Of a DNA stretch of 64,000 bases, positions 10,390 to 19,379 are shown one piece after another. This DNA is from an uncultured Chloroflexia bacterium (GTDB lineage: Bacteria; Chloroflexota; Limnocylindria; Limnocylindrales; CSP1-4), in assembly GCA_963813535.1 (NCBI GenBank), contig CAWEZH010000003.1, forward strand, positions 96,001 through 160,000, given 5' to 3'. Numbering within the stretch: the stretch's first letter is position 1; the number at the start of each line of letters is the position of its first letter. Position numbers and translations under genes: made by a program. A model generated the notes under the pieces. The model did not search any database and was not told the origin of the DNA. It was given only the letters and a program-made list of their open reading frames with translations.

Positions 10390-11925
10390 TCAGTCGTCCG
10401 GTGGCAGGGCCGGGACCGCCTCGCGGAGGATCGCCCACACCTCCCGGCGAGTGTCATCGCTGTCGTAGCGCAGCAACGGATCGGGCTCGATCCTCCGCTC
10501 GCGGATCTCGCCCGCCAGGCGCGTGTAGAGGACCGGGTAGATCGCGCCGCTCCCGTCGGCCTCGAGGGTGACGGCGATCGCATCTGATCCGCCAGCATCG
10601 AGGAAATGGGTCAGCGGCTGGACACCGTCGTCGAGCGGACCGGCAGCCGGGTCGATCGTGAAGACGCGGCTCAGGTACGCCCGCTGATGCCACAGCTCGG
10701 GTGCCTCGGCGAGCTCGCCCGCGATGGTTGACACGAGGTCACCCAGGGCGACCGGCGGTCGATCCGTGGCGCCGCCGAACCGGGTCTCGGCCATGCGCCG
10801 CGCGAGCACCATCGCGTTGTACCGGGCGCCGTGGACCGCGCCGGAATTGGCCGGGACACCGTGCTTCACGAGGCCCTTCGCGGCCTGCCCGATCGTGCCC
10901 GCGAAGTACACGCCGGGCAGGGTCGAGCTCTCCCACCACGACGACACGAGCGGTAGCCGGCTCCGACCGCTGACCGAGCACCCGATGTCGGGCAGGTCGA
11001 GGATCGGCGTCGTGAACCCGGTCGCAGCGATGACGTCATCGACCTCGATCTCCAGCTCGGCGGCCGTGTCGGTGCGGCGCACGCGCACGGTCAGGCTGCC
11101 GTCGCCGCCGTCGATCCGTTCGATGCGGTCGAGAGCGGCGTTGAGCACGGCCACGCCGCCCCCCAGCACGAAGTCCTCGAAGGGCTGGACGTATCGCGCC
11201 CGGACCCCGGCGAGCGAGTTCGTCTGGATCGAGAACTTGGCTTGTGACGGCGAGACCAGCGCGATGGCCCGCGCCCAGGGCAGCAGCCCGTTGGCCAGCT
11301 CGAACCCCGAATTCTGCTTGCCGAGGATCAGGACCCGGCGGCCGGCGTACGACTCGGCCGGACGGACCTCGGCGTAGTGGTGGCTGAACTCCATCCCGAT
11401 GCCCGGCGGCGAGAACGGCTGGGCGACACCGACCGCGACGACGAGGGCCTGTGCCCGGTACTCGCCGTCGGTCGTCTCGACGGCGAAGCCGCCGCCCCCG
11501 CCGTCGTCGAGCCGTCGCGTCCCGGTCCAGCGGCAGCCGTAACGCACGGCGATGCGCGCTCGTTCCGCGAACCGCGCGAGGTTCTCCTCCATCTCGGGCC
11601 GGGACGGGAAGTACGAGGTGCCATCCATGATCGAGGGCTGCAGGGCGCGTGCCTCGTCCTCGTCGGCCAGGAGGCTGTTCCAGTCGTACCGCTCGTAGGC
11701 GCGCGACCCTCGCGGCGCCGGCGCGTGCGGCTTGGTCCACGACAGCAGCCGCTGGAAGTGCGGCCAGCGCCGGAACATGCCACCCGGGGCGGGGTCATCC
11801 GAGATGACCGCGTGTTCGATCCCGTACCGCCGGAGCGCGTACGAGACCTGGAGTCCACCCGGCCCCGAACCGATCACGACCACCGGGTACGCGCCGGGCG
11901 GGAACGGCCGGGTCGAGCCGGTCAC
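10390..11925 (-). CDS. FAD/NAD(P)-dependent oxidoreductase, FOXRED2-like
   Basis: IGSGPGG FAD motif, YDWNSLL, second dinucleotide motif ILGKQNSGFE, VIAATGF, SGAVHGARY. Confidence 0.8.
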   Translation of the reverse strand: MTGSTRPFPPGAYPVVVIGSGPGGLQVSYALRRYGIEHAVISDDPAPGGMFRRWPHFQRLLSWTKPHAPAPRGSRAYERYDWNSLLADEDEARALQPSIMDGTSYFPSRPEMEENLARFAERARIAVRYGCRWTGTRRLDDGGGGGFAVETTDGEYRAQALVVAVGVAQPFSPPGIGMEFSHHYAEVRPAESYAGRRVLILGKQNSGFELANGLLPWARAIALVSPSQAKFSIQTNSLAGVRARYVQPFEDFVLGGGVAVLNAALDRIERIDGGDGSLTVRVRRTDTAAELEIEVDDVIAATGFTTPILDLPDIGCSVSGRSRLPLVSSWWESSTLPGVYFAGTIGQAAKGLVKHGVPANSGAVHGARYNAMVLARRMAETRFGGATDRPPVALGDLVSTIAGELAEAPELWHQRAYLSRVFTIDPAAGPLDDGVQPLTHFLDAGGSDAIAVTLEADGSGAIYPVLYTRLAGEIRERRIEPDPLLRYDSDDTRREVWAILREAVPALPPDD

Positions 11926-12344
11926 GTCTCCGAGCGGTTGGCGGCCCGGAGGCGTCGCGCCTGTGCCTGGAGCATGCGGTACATCACCTTCGGATGGCTG
12001 ATGAGGAACGGCTCGACCTGTGGGCCGGGCAGGACCAGGCAGCGCATCTGGCGCGTCGCGACGACATCGGCGATCGCCGGGACGCCCAGCAGGATCGCGA
12101 CCTCACCGAAGAAGTCGCCGCGGCCCAACCGTGCGAGCTCCCGTCCGTCCGCCCGGACGAGCGCCTCTCCGTCGACGATCACGAAGAACCCTGAACCGGA
12201 GAGTCCCTGGTGCACGACCGTCTCACCCTCGGCGAACATCCGCTCGTCGAAGATGTGGATGACCGCCTCGAGCTGCGGGGAGGACAGGTCGGAGAAGAGG
12301 CCGAAGCCCGAGATCGCATCGAGCAGTTCGTCGCGGTCGATCAT
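11922..12344 (-). CDS. Stand-alone cyclic nucleotide-binding domain protein (phosphate-binding Arg absent)
   Basis: LFSDLS, VVHQG..FFVIVDG, GDFFGEVAILLGVPAIADV. Confidence 0.9.
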   Translation of the reverse strand: MIDRDELLDAISGFGLFSDLSSPQLEAVIHIFDERMFAEGETVVHQGLSGSGFFVIVDGEALVRADGRELARLGRGDFFGEVAILLGVPAIADVVATRQMRCLVLPGPQVEPFLISHPKVMYRMLQAQARRLRAANRSET

Positions 12345-12475
12345 CGGCGCATCGTGCCACGCGGACGTCTGCCGCGAAAGGCGGATCGGGCGAACGGCAG
12401 TGCCGGCCTGAACGGCGGTGACGCTCCGCGACCTTGACGCTCCGCTGTCGGGCGGCGCAGCATCAGCACTCCAGG

Positions 12476-12916
12476 ATGGAGACCGGCACGACCCTCACCC
12501 ACGATCACCGCGCTGAGTTGCTGGCGGGCGCCCCGCTGCTCGCCGGCGTCGACCCGGACGGTATCGCGATGATCGCGCAACGCGTCGTCGAGGTCGAGTT
12601 CCCCAAGGACCACGTCATCGCCCGGCAGGGCGAGGTCGGGACGGGCTTCTTCCTCGTGGCGAGCGGTCGGGTCCGGGTCGTCCGCGATGGCCGGACGATC
12701 GCGCACATCGGCCCCGGCGACTTCTTCGGGGAGCTGTCCGTCCTCGACGGTCGCCCGCGTGTCGCCCAGGTCATCGCCGACGAGCCGACCGTCTGCCTGG
12801 CACTCGCGAGCTGGGACTTCGAGGCCGTCGTGCGGGAGCAGCCCGCGGTCGCGCTGGCGATCATGCGCGGGCTCGCAGGACGGCTGCGCGACCTGACCGA
12901 AACGCACCGTCACTGA
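12476..12916 (+). CDS. Stand-alone cyclic nucleotide-binding domain protein (canonical phosphate-binding cassette)
   Basis: IARQGEVG..FFLVASG, GDFFGELSVLDGRPRVAQV. Confidence 0.9.
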   Translation: METGTTLTHDHRAELLAGAPLLAGVDPDGIAMIAQRVVEVEFPKDHVIARQGEVGTGFFLVASGRVRVVRDGRTIAHIGPGDFFGELSVLDGRPRVAQVIADEPTVCLALASWDFEAVVREQPAVALAIMRGLAGRLRDLTETHRH

Positions 12917-12936
12917 CGACCCGGCCCACCGCCGCG

Positions 12937-15690
12937 ATGCGTCAGGACCAGGGACCCCCGACCGGCACCGTCACGTGCCTGTTCACCGACATCGAGGGCT
13001 CGACCCGCATCGAGCTCGCGCTCGGGACCGGCCCGTACCGCGACATCCGTGAGCGGCATCGGGAGCTCCTGCGAGCGGCCTTCGGCGCGCACGACGGCTA
13101 CGAACAGTCGACCGAGGGGGATTCGTTCTTCGTGCTCTTCCGCCGCCCGCATGACGCGGTCGGCGCGGCGGTCCTCGGGCAGCGGGCCATGGCGGCCGAG
13201 CCCTGGCCCGACGGCGCGGAGGTCCGCGTCCGGATGGGCATCCACACCGGCGAGATCGAATCGATCGGTGGCGACGTGATCGGGTACGACATCAATCGGA
13301 CCGCGCGGATCGCGGCCCTGGCGCATGGCGGCCAGGTGCTTCTCAGCGGGACGACCCGTGCCCTGGTCGCGGACGCGCTGCCGTCCGACGTCACCCTGCG
13401 CGACCTCGGTGCGCACCGTTTGAAGGACCTCCGTGCACCCGAACACCTCAGTCAGCTGGCGATCGAGGGCCTGCCCGACACCTTCCCGCCCTTGCGATCG
13501 CTAGACGCGCGCCCGAACAACCTGCCGACCCAGCTGACCACGTTCGTGGGCCGCGATCGCGAACTCGCCGAGGCCGGCGACCTGCTCCGGGGCACCCGGC
13601 TGCTGTCGCTGACCGGGCCTGGCGGCACCGGGAAGACGCGCCTCTCCCTCCAGGTCGCCGCGACGGCGGCCGACGACTTCCCGGACGGCGTCTGGTTCGT
13701 GGCCCTCGACGCGGTCCGGGACCCGGCATTGGTGACGCCGACGATCGCCCGGACCGTGGGACTCGCCGAGAACGCCACGAAGCCGTCGATCGAGGTGCTG
13801 GCCGACGAGGTCGCTGCTGGCCGGGTCCTGCTCGTGCTCGACAACTTCGAGCAGGTGACCGAGGCGGGTCCCGACGTGGCGGAGCTGCTGCGGCGTTGCC
13901 CGAACCTGAAGGCGCTGGTCACGACGCGCATCCCGCTGCGCGTCTCCGGCGAGCAGGAGTACCCGGTCCCGGGCCTGCCCGCGCCGCCCGACGTGAGCCG
14001 GCTCTCCGAGATGGAGCGCCTGAACCTGCCGCGCGAGCTGCGCGAACTCGACATCGATGCGCTCACCCAGTTCGAGGCGGTGCGACTGTTCATCGCCCGG
14101 GCGACCGCGATCCGACCGGCGTTCGCCGTCACGAATGCGAATGCGCCCGCGGTCGCCGGCATCGCCGCCCGATTGCACGGCATGCCGCTGGCGATCGAGC
14201 TGGCCGCCGCGCGGATCAAGCTGTTGACTCCGGACCAGATCCTCGCCCGGCTCGAGCATCACCTCGACCTGCTCTCGGCAGGAGCGCGTGACCTGCCCGA
14301 GCGGCAGCAGACGCTCCGGGGCGCGATCGGCTGGAGCTACGACCTGCTCGATGACGGCAGTCGTCGCCTCGTCGACCGGCTCTCCGTGTTCCGCGGCGGC
14401 TTCGACCTCGACGTCGCGGACGTCGTGTGCGGTCCCGCGGCAGAGATCGGCGGGGATGTCGTCGAGCGCATCGGGGAGCTGGTCGACCAGAGCCTGGTCC
14501 GCCTCGACGAGGGATCGGCCGAACCGCGGTTCGCGATGCTCGAGACGATCCGCGAGTACGCCGTCGAGATGCTCGTCGAGCGCGGCGAGAGCGAGGCGAT
14601 CGCGGACCGCCACGCCGCCGCGATGCTGGGACTGGCGCTCACGGCCGCGCCCGAGCTCATGGGTGCGAACCAGCGCGAGTGGCTCGACCGGCTCGAGCGT
14701 GAACACGACAACATGCGGGCCGCCCTCGATCGGGCGGTCGCCAAGCCGGATCCGGCGTTGGGCGCGCAGCTGGCGACCGCGCTCTGGAGGTTCTGGCAGC
14801 AGCGCGGCTACCTCAATGAAGCGCGGGCGAGATTCGGCAGCCTCGAGGCACAGGGCTGGGCGCTCGAGCCCATCGATCGGGCGCGGTTCGACGAGGCATT
14901 CGGCGGCGTCGCGTACTGGCAGTCGGACGCGCCCACCGCGCGGCGTCACTACGACGAGGCGCTGCAGGTCTGGCGCGAGCTCGACGACAAGCGCGAGATC
15001 GCCAACGCGCTGTTCAATCGAGCCTACGCGGACATGATCGACATCATGGAAGGCAAGGTCCCGCCCCCGGGGCCGGGAGCCGAGGTGTCGACGCCGCTCC
15101 TCGACGAAGCCCTGGGGATCTACCGGGAACTCGGCGACGCGGGCGGCGAAGGGAACATCCTGTGGGCCCTCGGGAGCCTGCACTACTTCTCCGCAAGCGC
15201 CGCAGATGCCGAGTCCTGGTACCGGCGGTCGCTCGAGCTGCATCGGGCGGCCGGGAACCGCTCGATGGAGGCGTGGTCGCTCCACATGCTCGGCCTGTCG
15301 GTCGTCGGCCAGCGGCGGTACGAGGATGCGCGCGAGATCATCCGCCATGCGCTGCGCCACTTCTACGAGGCCGGGGACGTTTCGGGCGTCACCCTCGTGC
15401 TGGACGATCTGGCGATCATCGCGGTCGGCCTCGGCGACCTCGACCGTGGCGGCCGCCTGTGGGGCGCCGCTCGGCATCTCCAGCAACGCACGGGTACCGG
15501 ACTCGCCGACTACGTCGACCAGAACAATCGCCTGTTCGGCGTGCCGACCCCGCGTGACAACATCCCGCCCGACGAGCTGCAAGCGCTCGCCGCGCAGGGC
15601 GCCGCCATGTCGCTCGACGAGATCGTCGCCTATGCTCTCGAGGTGCCGTCCAGCGCCCTCGCGCCGTCGCATGTGGAGGTCCCATCGTGA
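12937..15690 (+). CDS. Class III nucleotide cyclase fused to a STAND (NB-ARC/AP-like) ATPase and TPR-like repeats
   Basis: LFTDIEGST, EGDSF, RMGIHTGE, INRTARI; NNLPTQLTTFVGR, GPGGTGKT, LVLDNFE, GMPLAIELAAA; helical repeats at the C-terminus. Confidence 0.92.
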   Translation: MRQDQGPPTGTVTCLFTDIEGSTRIELALGTGPYRDIRERHRELLRAAFGAHDGYEQSTEGDSFFVLFRRPHDAVGAAVLGQRAMAAEPWPDGAEVRVRMGIHTGEIESIGGDVIGYDINRTARIAALAHGGQVLLSGTTRALVADALPSDVTLRDLGAHRLKDLRAPEHLSQLAIEGLPDTFPPLRSLDARPNNLPTQLTTFVGRDRELAEAGDLLRGTRLLSLTGPGGTGKTRLSLQVAATAADDFPDGVWFVALDAVRDPALVTPTIARTVGLAENATKPSIEVLADEVAAGRVLLVLDNFEQVTEAGPDVAELLRRCPNLKALVTTRIPLRVSGEQEYPVPGLPAPPDVSRLSEMERLNLPRELRELDIDALTQFEAVRLFIARATAIRPAFAVTNANAPAVAGIAARLHGMPLAIELAAARIKLLTPDQILARLEHHLDLLSAGARDLPERQQTLRGAIGWSYDLLDDGSRRLVDRLSVFRGGFDLDVADVVCGPAAEIGGDVVERIGELVDQSLVRLDEGSAEPRFAMLETIREYAVEMLVERGESEAIADRHAAAMLGLALTAAPELMGANQREWLDRLEREHDNMRAALDRAVAKPDPALGAQLATALWRFWQQRGYLNEARARFGSLEAQGWALEPIDRARFDEAFGGVAYWQSDAPTARRHYDEALQVWRELDDKREIANALFNRAYADMIDIMEGKVPPPGPGAEVSTPLLDEALGIYRELGDAGGEGNILWALGSLHYFSASAADAESWYRRSLELHRAAGNRSMEAWSLHMLGLSVVGQRRYEDAREIIRHALRHFYEAGDVSGVTLVLDDLAIIAVGLGDLDRGGRLWGAARHLQQRTGTGLADYVDQNNRLFGVPTPRDNIPPDELQALAAQGAAMSLDEIVAYALEVPSSALAPSHVEVPS

Positions 15691-15881
15691 TCGAGCCGCG
15701 CTCGTCCGAGCTCCCGACGATCGCGCTGGTCGATGCGGGCGATGAAGCGGAGCGCGTCGACCCGGTCGATCCCGGGGTCGTGATCCTGACATGTGCCAAC
15801 TGCGGCGCGCCGATGGACGAGCGGAAGTGCAAGCTCATCTGCCGCTGCGGCTACTTCCTGTCCTGCTCCGACTACTACTGA
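15687..15881 (+). CDS. Small Cys-rich zinc-finger protein
   Basis: CANCG-PMDERKCKLICRCGYFLSCSDYY; GTGA overlap with the cyclase stop. Confidence 0.75.
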   Translation: MIEPRSSELPTIALVDAGDEAERVDPVDPGVVILTCANCGAPMDERKCKLICRCGYFLSCSDYY

Positions 15882-15948
15882 GCGAGAAGTCCGCGCCCTC
15901 GACGCTGCTCGGCGGGCACTGGCCCCGGTTGGGCTAGACTGGCCCTCG

Positions 15949-16809
15949 ATGTCCGCCGAGCCGATCTCCCAGCCCCGCCCCAAGACGGGCATCCCCAAGA
16001 ACCCCGGGCGTCGCGAGCTCGGCATGACGGCGACGCTGCTGTTCCCGGATCGCGAGATCGTCGAGAAGTTCTACGTCCCGATCATCTACACCGCGTGCCG
16101 GACGTGCTACTCGGAGATGCCGCCCGAGGAGATCTTCCGCAAGTCGGTCGACGGCGAGTTCGACCCAGCCAAGATGCAGAAGCTCATCGCGTCGGTCATC
16201 GAGTCGGGCCACGGATCGACCATCGAACACATCGTGTTCACGTTCGGGATCACCGGCGTCTCGCGGACACTGTCGCATCAGCTCGTCCGGCACCGGGCTG
16301 GCGTGGCGTTCGACCAGCAGAGCCAGCGCTACGTGAAGTTCAAGGGTGCGGCGACCATGCTGCCGCACTCGATCGCCGAGGGCGACTCAGAGCTCCGTGA
16401 ACGGTACGAGTCGCAGGTGTCGGGCGCCCTCGACCTCTACGGCGAGCTGCTCGAGGCCGGACTGCCGGGCGAGGACGCCCGGTTCGTCTTCCCGAACGCC
16501 ACACGGACCAACCTGGTGATGACGGCGAACCTGCGGGCGCTCATCCACATGTCGGGGCTTCGGCTGTGCACGATGGCCCAGTGGGAGATCCGGCGGCTGT
16601 TCCAGCTCATCCGCCAGCAGATCTTCACGGTGTCGCCGTTCCTCGGCTCGTTCCTGGCGCCGAAGTGCGTCCCGCTCGGGTACTGCGACGAGTTCAACAA
16701 CCGCGACGAGCACTGCCCGATCCGGCCGCACAAGGACAACGTCCTGAGCGCGTGGGCCGAGAAGTCGGCGGCTGCGAAGGCCGCCGGTCGGGAGCTCCCG
16801 CAGGTCTAG
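15949..16809 (+). CDS. thyX: FAD-dependent thymidylate synthase
   Basis: GHGSTIEH, SHQLVRHR-x8-SQRY, EDARFVFP, RLCTMAQWEIR. Confidence 0.93.
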   Translation: MSAEPISQPRPKTGIPKNPGRRELGMTATLLFPDREIVEKFYVPIIYTACRTCYSEMPPEEIFRKSVDGEFDPAKMQKLIASVIESGHGSTIEHIVFTFGITGVSRTLSHQLVRHRAGVAFDQQSQRYVKFKGAATMLPHSIAEGDSELRERYESQVSGALDLYGELLEAGLPGEDARFVFPNATRTNLVMTANLRALIHMSGLRLCTMAQWEIRRLFQLIRQQIFTVSPFLGSFLAPKCVPLGYCDEFNNRDEHCPIRPHKDNVLSAWAEKSAAAKAAGRELPQV

Positions 16810-16858
16810 GCCGGCTCGAGGTCGTCCTGCTGCCGTCCGACGCTCGCACCGCCGACCG

Positions 16859-17971
16859 TCAGCCGGGCTCGACGATCACCAACTCACGGGCCCGCGCCGG
16901 ATCAAGGAAGGCGGCGAGCGAGGTCGCCTCCTCCTCCAGCTCGACTCGCTCGACCCGGGTCAGTCGACGGCCGAGCTCGACCGTCATCGTCGCGGCCTTC
17001 CCTGTTCGACGAACGCGCCACGCGGCGGCGATCCCGCCGTTGACGAGGATGGGCCCCTTCCAGCCGAATTCGATGCCCCACGACAACTCCCCGTCGATGC
17101 GCGACCGGTCGTCGTGGGACAGGAACACGTTGTCGTATTGCGGCAGGAACCGGATCGGGACCGGGACGTCGTCGGCGGCGATGACCCCGTCCTCGACGTC
17201 GAACAGCTCCCGGCCGGCCTCGTCGCGGTACGTCCGAAGACGCGGCCGCAGCCGGTCGATGACCTCGCGCAGGCCAGTGAGCCACGACCAGATGCGGATG
17301 TCGCTCACGGTCGCCGGACCGAACACCGCAAGGTACCGGAGCACCAGGTCGTCGATGCTGGGATGGTCGACCATCGGAGCGCCGAGCCAGCGCTCGGCGG
17401 TCGTGTTGGTCGGACGGCCCGACCGGCCCCACAGCCCGCGCGGCGGGACCTGGACGAGCGGCAGCAGGAAACGGGCCGCGTAGGCGAGCGACGGCGCGTC
17501 GCGATCCGGCCATGCCGGACCGAGGGCCGCGCCGAGCTGCGACGGCGTCATCGGCTGCTCCTCAAGGACATCGCGCGCGCGCGCGAGGACGGCGTCGAGG
17601 TCGACCCCGACGAGCCGCTTCGCGAACGGGCTGCTGCGCCAGGACCGGGCCATGACGTCGGCCAGGATGGGGTACTGCGCCAGGGCATCGCGCGCCGTGA
17701 CGAGATGGAGCGTGCCCCGCAGGTGGCCCATGCGGACGGCCTGGCGCTGCTCGATCGCACGGCTCAACTCCGTCGGATCGAACCCGTCGATCCGCGTCCA
17801 CAGTCCGACATACGGGTCGGGCGGTTCTTGCGCCTGCATGCCGACCAGGTGCTCGACCACCTCGAGCGCCGGCCGCCGGACCCGCTCGACCAGGAGCTGC
17901 CGGGTGAGCAGGGTGCGGTTGAGGGTGCGGCGCGAGAGCACCGGCTCGTTCGAGGCGCGGGCGGCCGTCAC
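16859..17971 (-). CDS. Winged-helix (HTH_42) DNA glycosylase, AlkZ-like
   Basis: LNRTLLTRQLL, GMQAQ (QxQ motif), LWTRI, LRGTLHLV, RYLAVFGPAT, RFLPQYDN. Confidence 0.88.
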   Translation of the reverse strand: MTAARASNEPVLSRRTLNRTLLTRQLLVERVRRPALEVVEHLVGMQAQEPPDPYVGLWTRIDGFDPTELSRAIEQRQAVRMGHLRGTLHLVTARDALAQYPILADVMARSWRSSPFAKRLVGVDLDAVLARARDVLEEQPMTPSQLGAALGPAWPDRDAPSLAYAARFLLPLVQVPPRGLWGRSGRPTNTTAERWLGAPMVDHPSIDDLVLRYLAVFGPATVSDIRIWSWLTGLREVIDRLRPRLRTYRDEAGRELFDVEDGVIAADDVPVPIRFLPQYDNVFLSHDDRSRIDGELSWGIEFGWKGPILVNGGIAAAWRVRRTGKAATMTVELGRRLTRVERVELEEEATSLAAFLDPARARELVIVEPG

Positions 17972-18489
17972 GAGCGGCTCGCCCGCTCGAATGCCTCCAG
18001 CGTGTCGGCCGAGAACAGGACGAACGTGACCGTATCGAGCGCCTCGGGATGCTCGGCGATCCATGCATCCACCGCCTGGAGCGCGACCTTGGCGGCAGCC
18101 TCGACCGGATAGCCGTACACGCCGGTGGAGATCGACGGCAACGCCACGCTCCTGCACCCTTCCGCCGCGGCACGGTCGAGGGACGTCCGATATGCACTGG
18201 CCAGCAGCTCGGGCTCACCCGCGTCGCCGCCACGCCAGATCGGGCCGACGGCGTGGACCACGACGCGGGCCGGCAGTGCACCGGCATCACTGACCACGGC
18301 ACTCCCGGTCGGGCAGTGCCGGGCAGGTCCATAGCGACGCTCAAGGTCGGCCATGACCGCCGCCCCACCGGCCCGATGGATGGCCCCGTCCACGCCGCCG
18401 CCGCCCGCAAGTCGCTCGTTCGCGGCGTTGACGATGGCGTCCGCCGCGACGCCCGTGATATCGCCCTGGACCAGGCGGATCTCGGTCAT
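17968..18489 (-). CDS. Macrodomain ADP-ribose hydrolase (YmdB-like O-acetyl-ADP-ribose deacetylase)
   Basis: GDIT, DAIVNAAN..GGGGVDGAIH, HAVGP, PSISTGVYGYP. Confidence 0.93.
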   Translation of the reverse strand: MTEIRLVQGDITGVAADAIVNAANERLAGGGGVDGAIHRAGGAAVMADLERRYGPARHCPTGSAVVSDAGALPARVVVHAVGPIWRGGDAGEPELLASAYRTSLDRAAAEGCRSVALPSISTGVYGYPVEAAAKVALQAVDAWIAEHPEALDTVTFVLFSADTLEAFERASRS

Positions 18490-19379
18490 CCCGTCGTGAC
18501 GGTCTCGTCCTCGAGATCCCGGATGAATCGGTGGATGACCTTGGCGAGTCGCGGCCCGGCCGTGGCGCCGGCCTCCAGGACCTCGTCGTGCGTCAAGGGC
18601 GCGCCCGAGTACCCGGCCCCGGCATTGGTGACCAGCGAGACGCCACAGACCTCCAGACCGACCCAGCGGGCGGCGATGCATTCGAGGACCGTCGACATGC
18701 CGACCGCGTCACCGCCGAGCGCCGCGAGCATCCGGACCTCGGCCGGCGTCTCGTACGTCGGCCCGCTGAGCCCGACGTAGACACCCTCGCGCATCTCGAC
18801 ATCCTCGGCGGCAGCCGCCGATTGGAGGCGGCTGCGCAGGCGTGGGCTCCACGCCTCGGTCATGTCGGGAAAGCGCGGGCCCAGCTCATCGGCGTTGCGG
18901 CCGGTCAGCGGCGACCGACCGGTCAGGTTGATGTGGTCGCTCATGATCATCAGGGTGCCCGGCCCGAACGAGGGGTCGAGCCCGCCGGCGGCGTTGGTCA
19001 GCACCACGATCCGCGCGCCGAGGGACCGGAACAGCAGGACGGGCTGGACGACGAGACCCGGGTCGTTGCCCTCGTACAGGTGGAAGCGGCCCTGGAGCAT
19101 GACGACGGGCCGGCCCCCGATCGTGCCGAGCAGCAATCGACCGACGTGACCCGGTGCCGTCGCGGCGGGCCAGCCCGGCAGCTCATCGAAGGGGATCGCG
19201 ACGGGATCCTCGAGAGCGTCGGCAAGACCCCCGAGTCCTGAGCCGAGCACGATGCCAACCTCGGGCACGATGTCGGTACGTCGCCGGACCGCTTCCACGA
19301 GCGCCACGATCCGTGCCGGTTGGTCGACCGGTGGGATCGGCTGGCCGGGGTCGATCATCACGCTGGCAGGGTCCGACAC
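18486..19379 (-). CDS. punA: Purine-nucleoside phosphorylase (trimeric type)
   Basis: IVLGSGLG, GRFHLYEG, TNAAGG, GPTYETPAE, VGMSTV, SLVTN; GAGGAGG RBS before GTG. Confidence 0.92.
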   Translation of the reverse strand: MSDPASVMIDPGQPIPPVDQPARIVALVEAVRRRTDIVPEVGIVLGSGLGGLADALEDPVAIPFDELPGWPAATAPGHVGRLLLGTIGGRPVVMLQGRFHLYEGNDPGLVVQPVLLFRSLGARIVVLTNAAGGLDPSFGPGTLMIMSDHINLTGRSPLTGRNADELGPRFPDMTEAWSPRLRSRLQSAAAAEDVEMREGVYVGLSGPTYETPAEVRMLAALGGDAVGMSTVLECIAARWVGLEVCGVSLVTNAGAGYSGAPLTHDEVLEAGATAGPRLAKVIHRFIRDLEDETVTTG

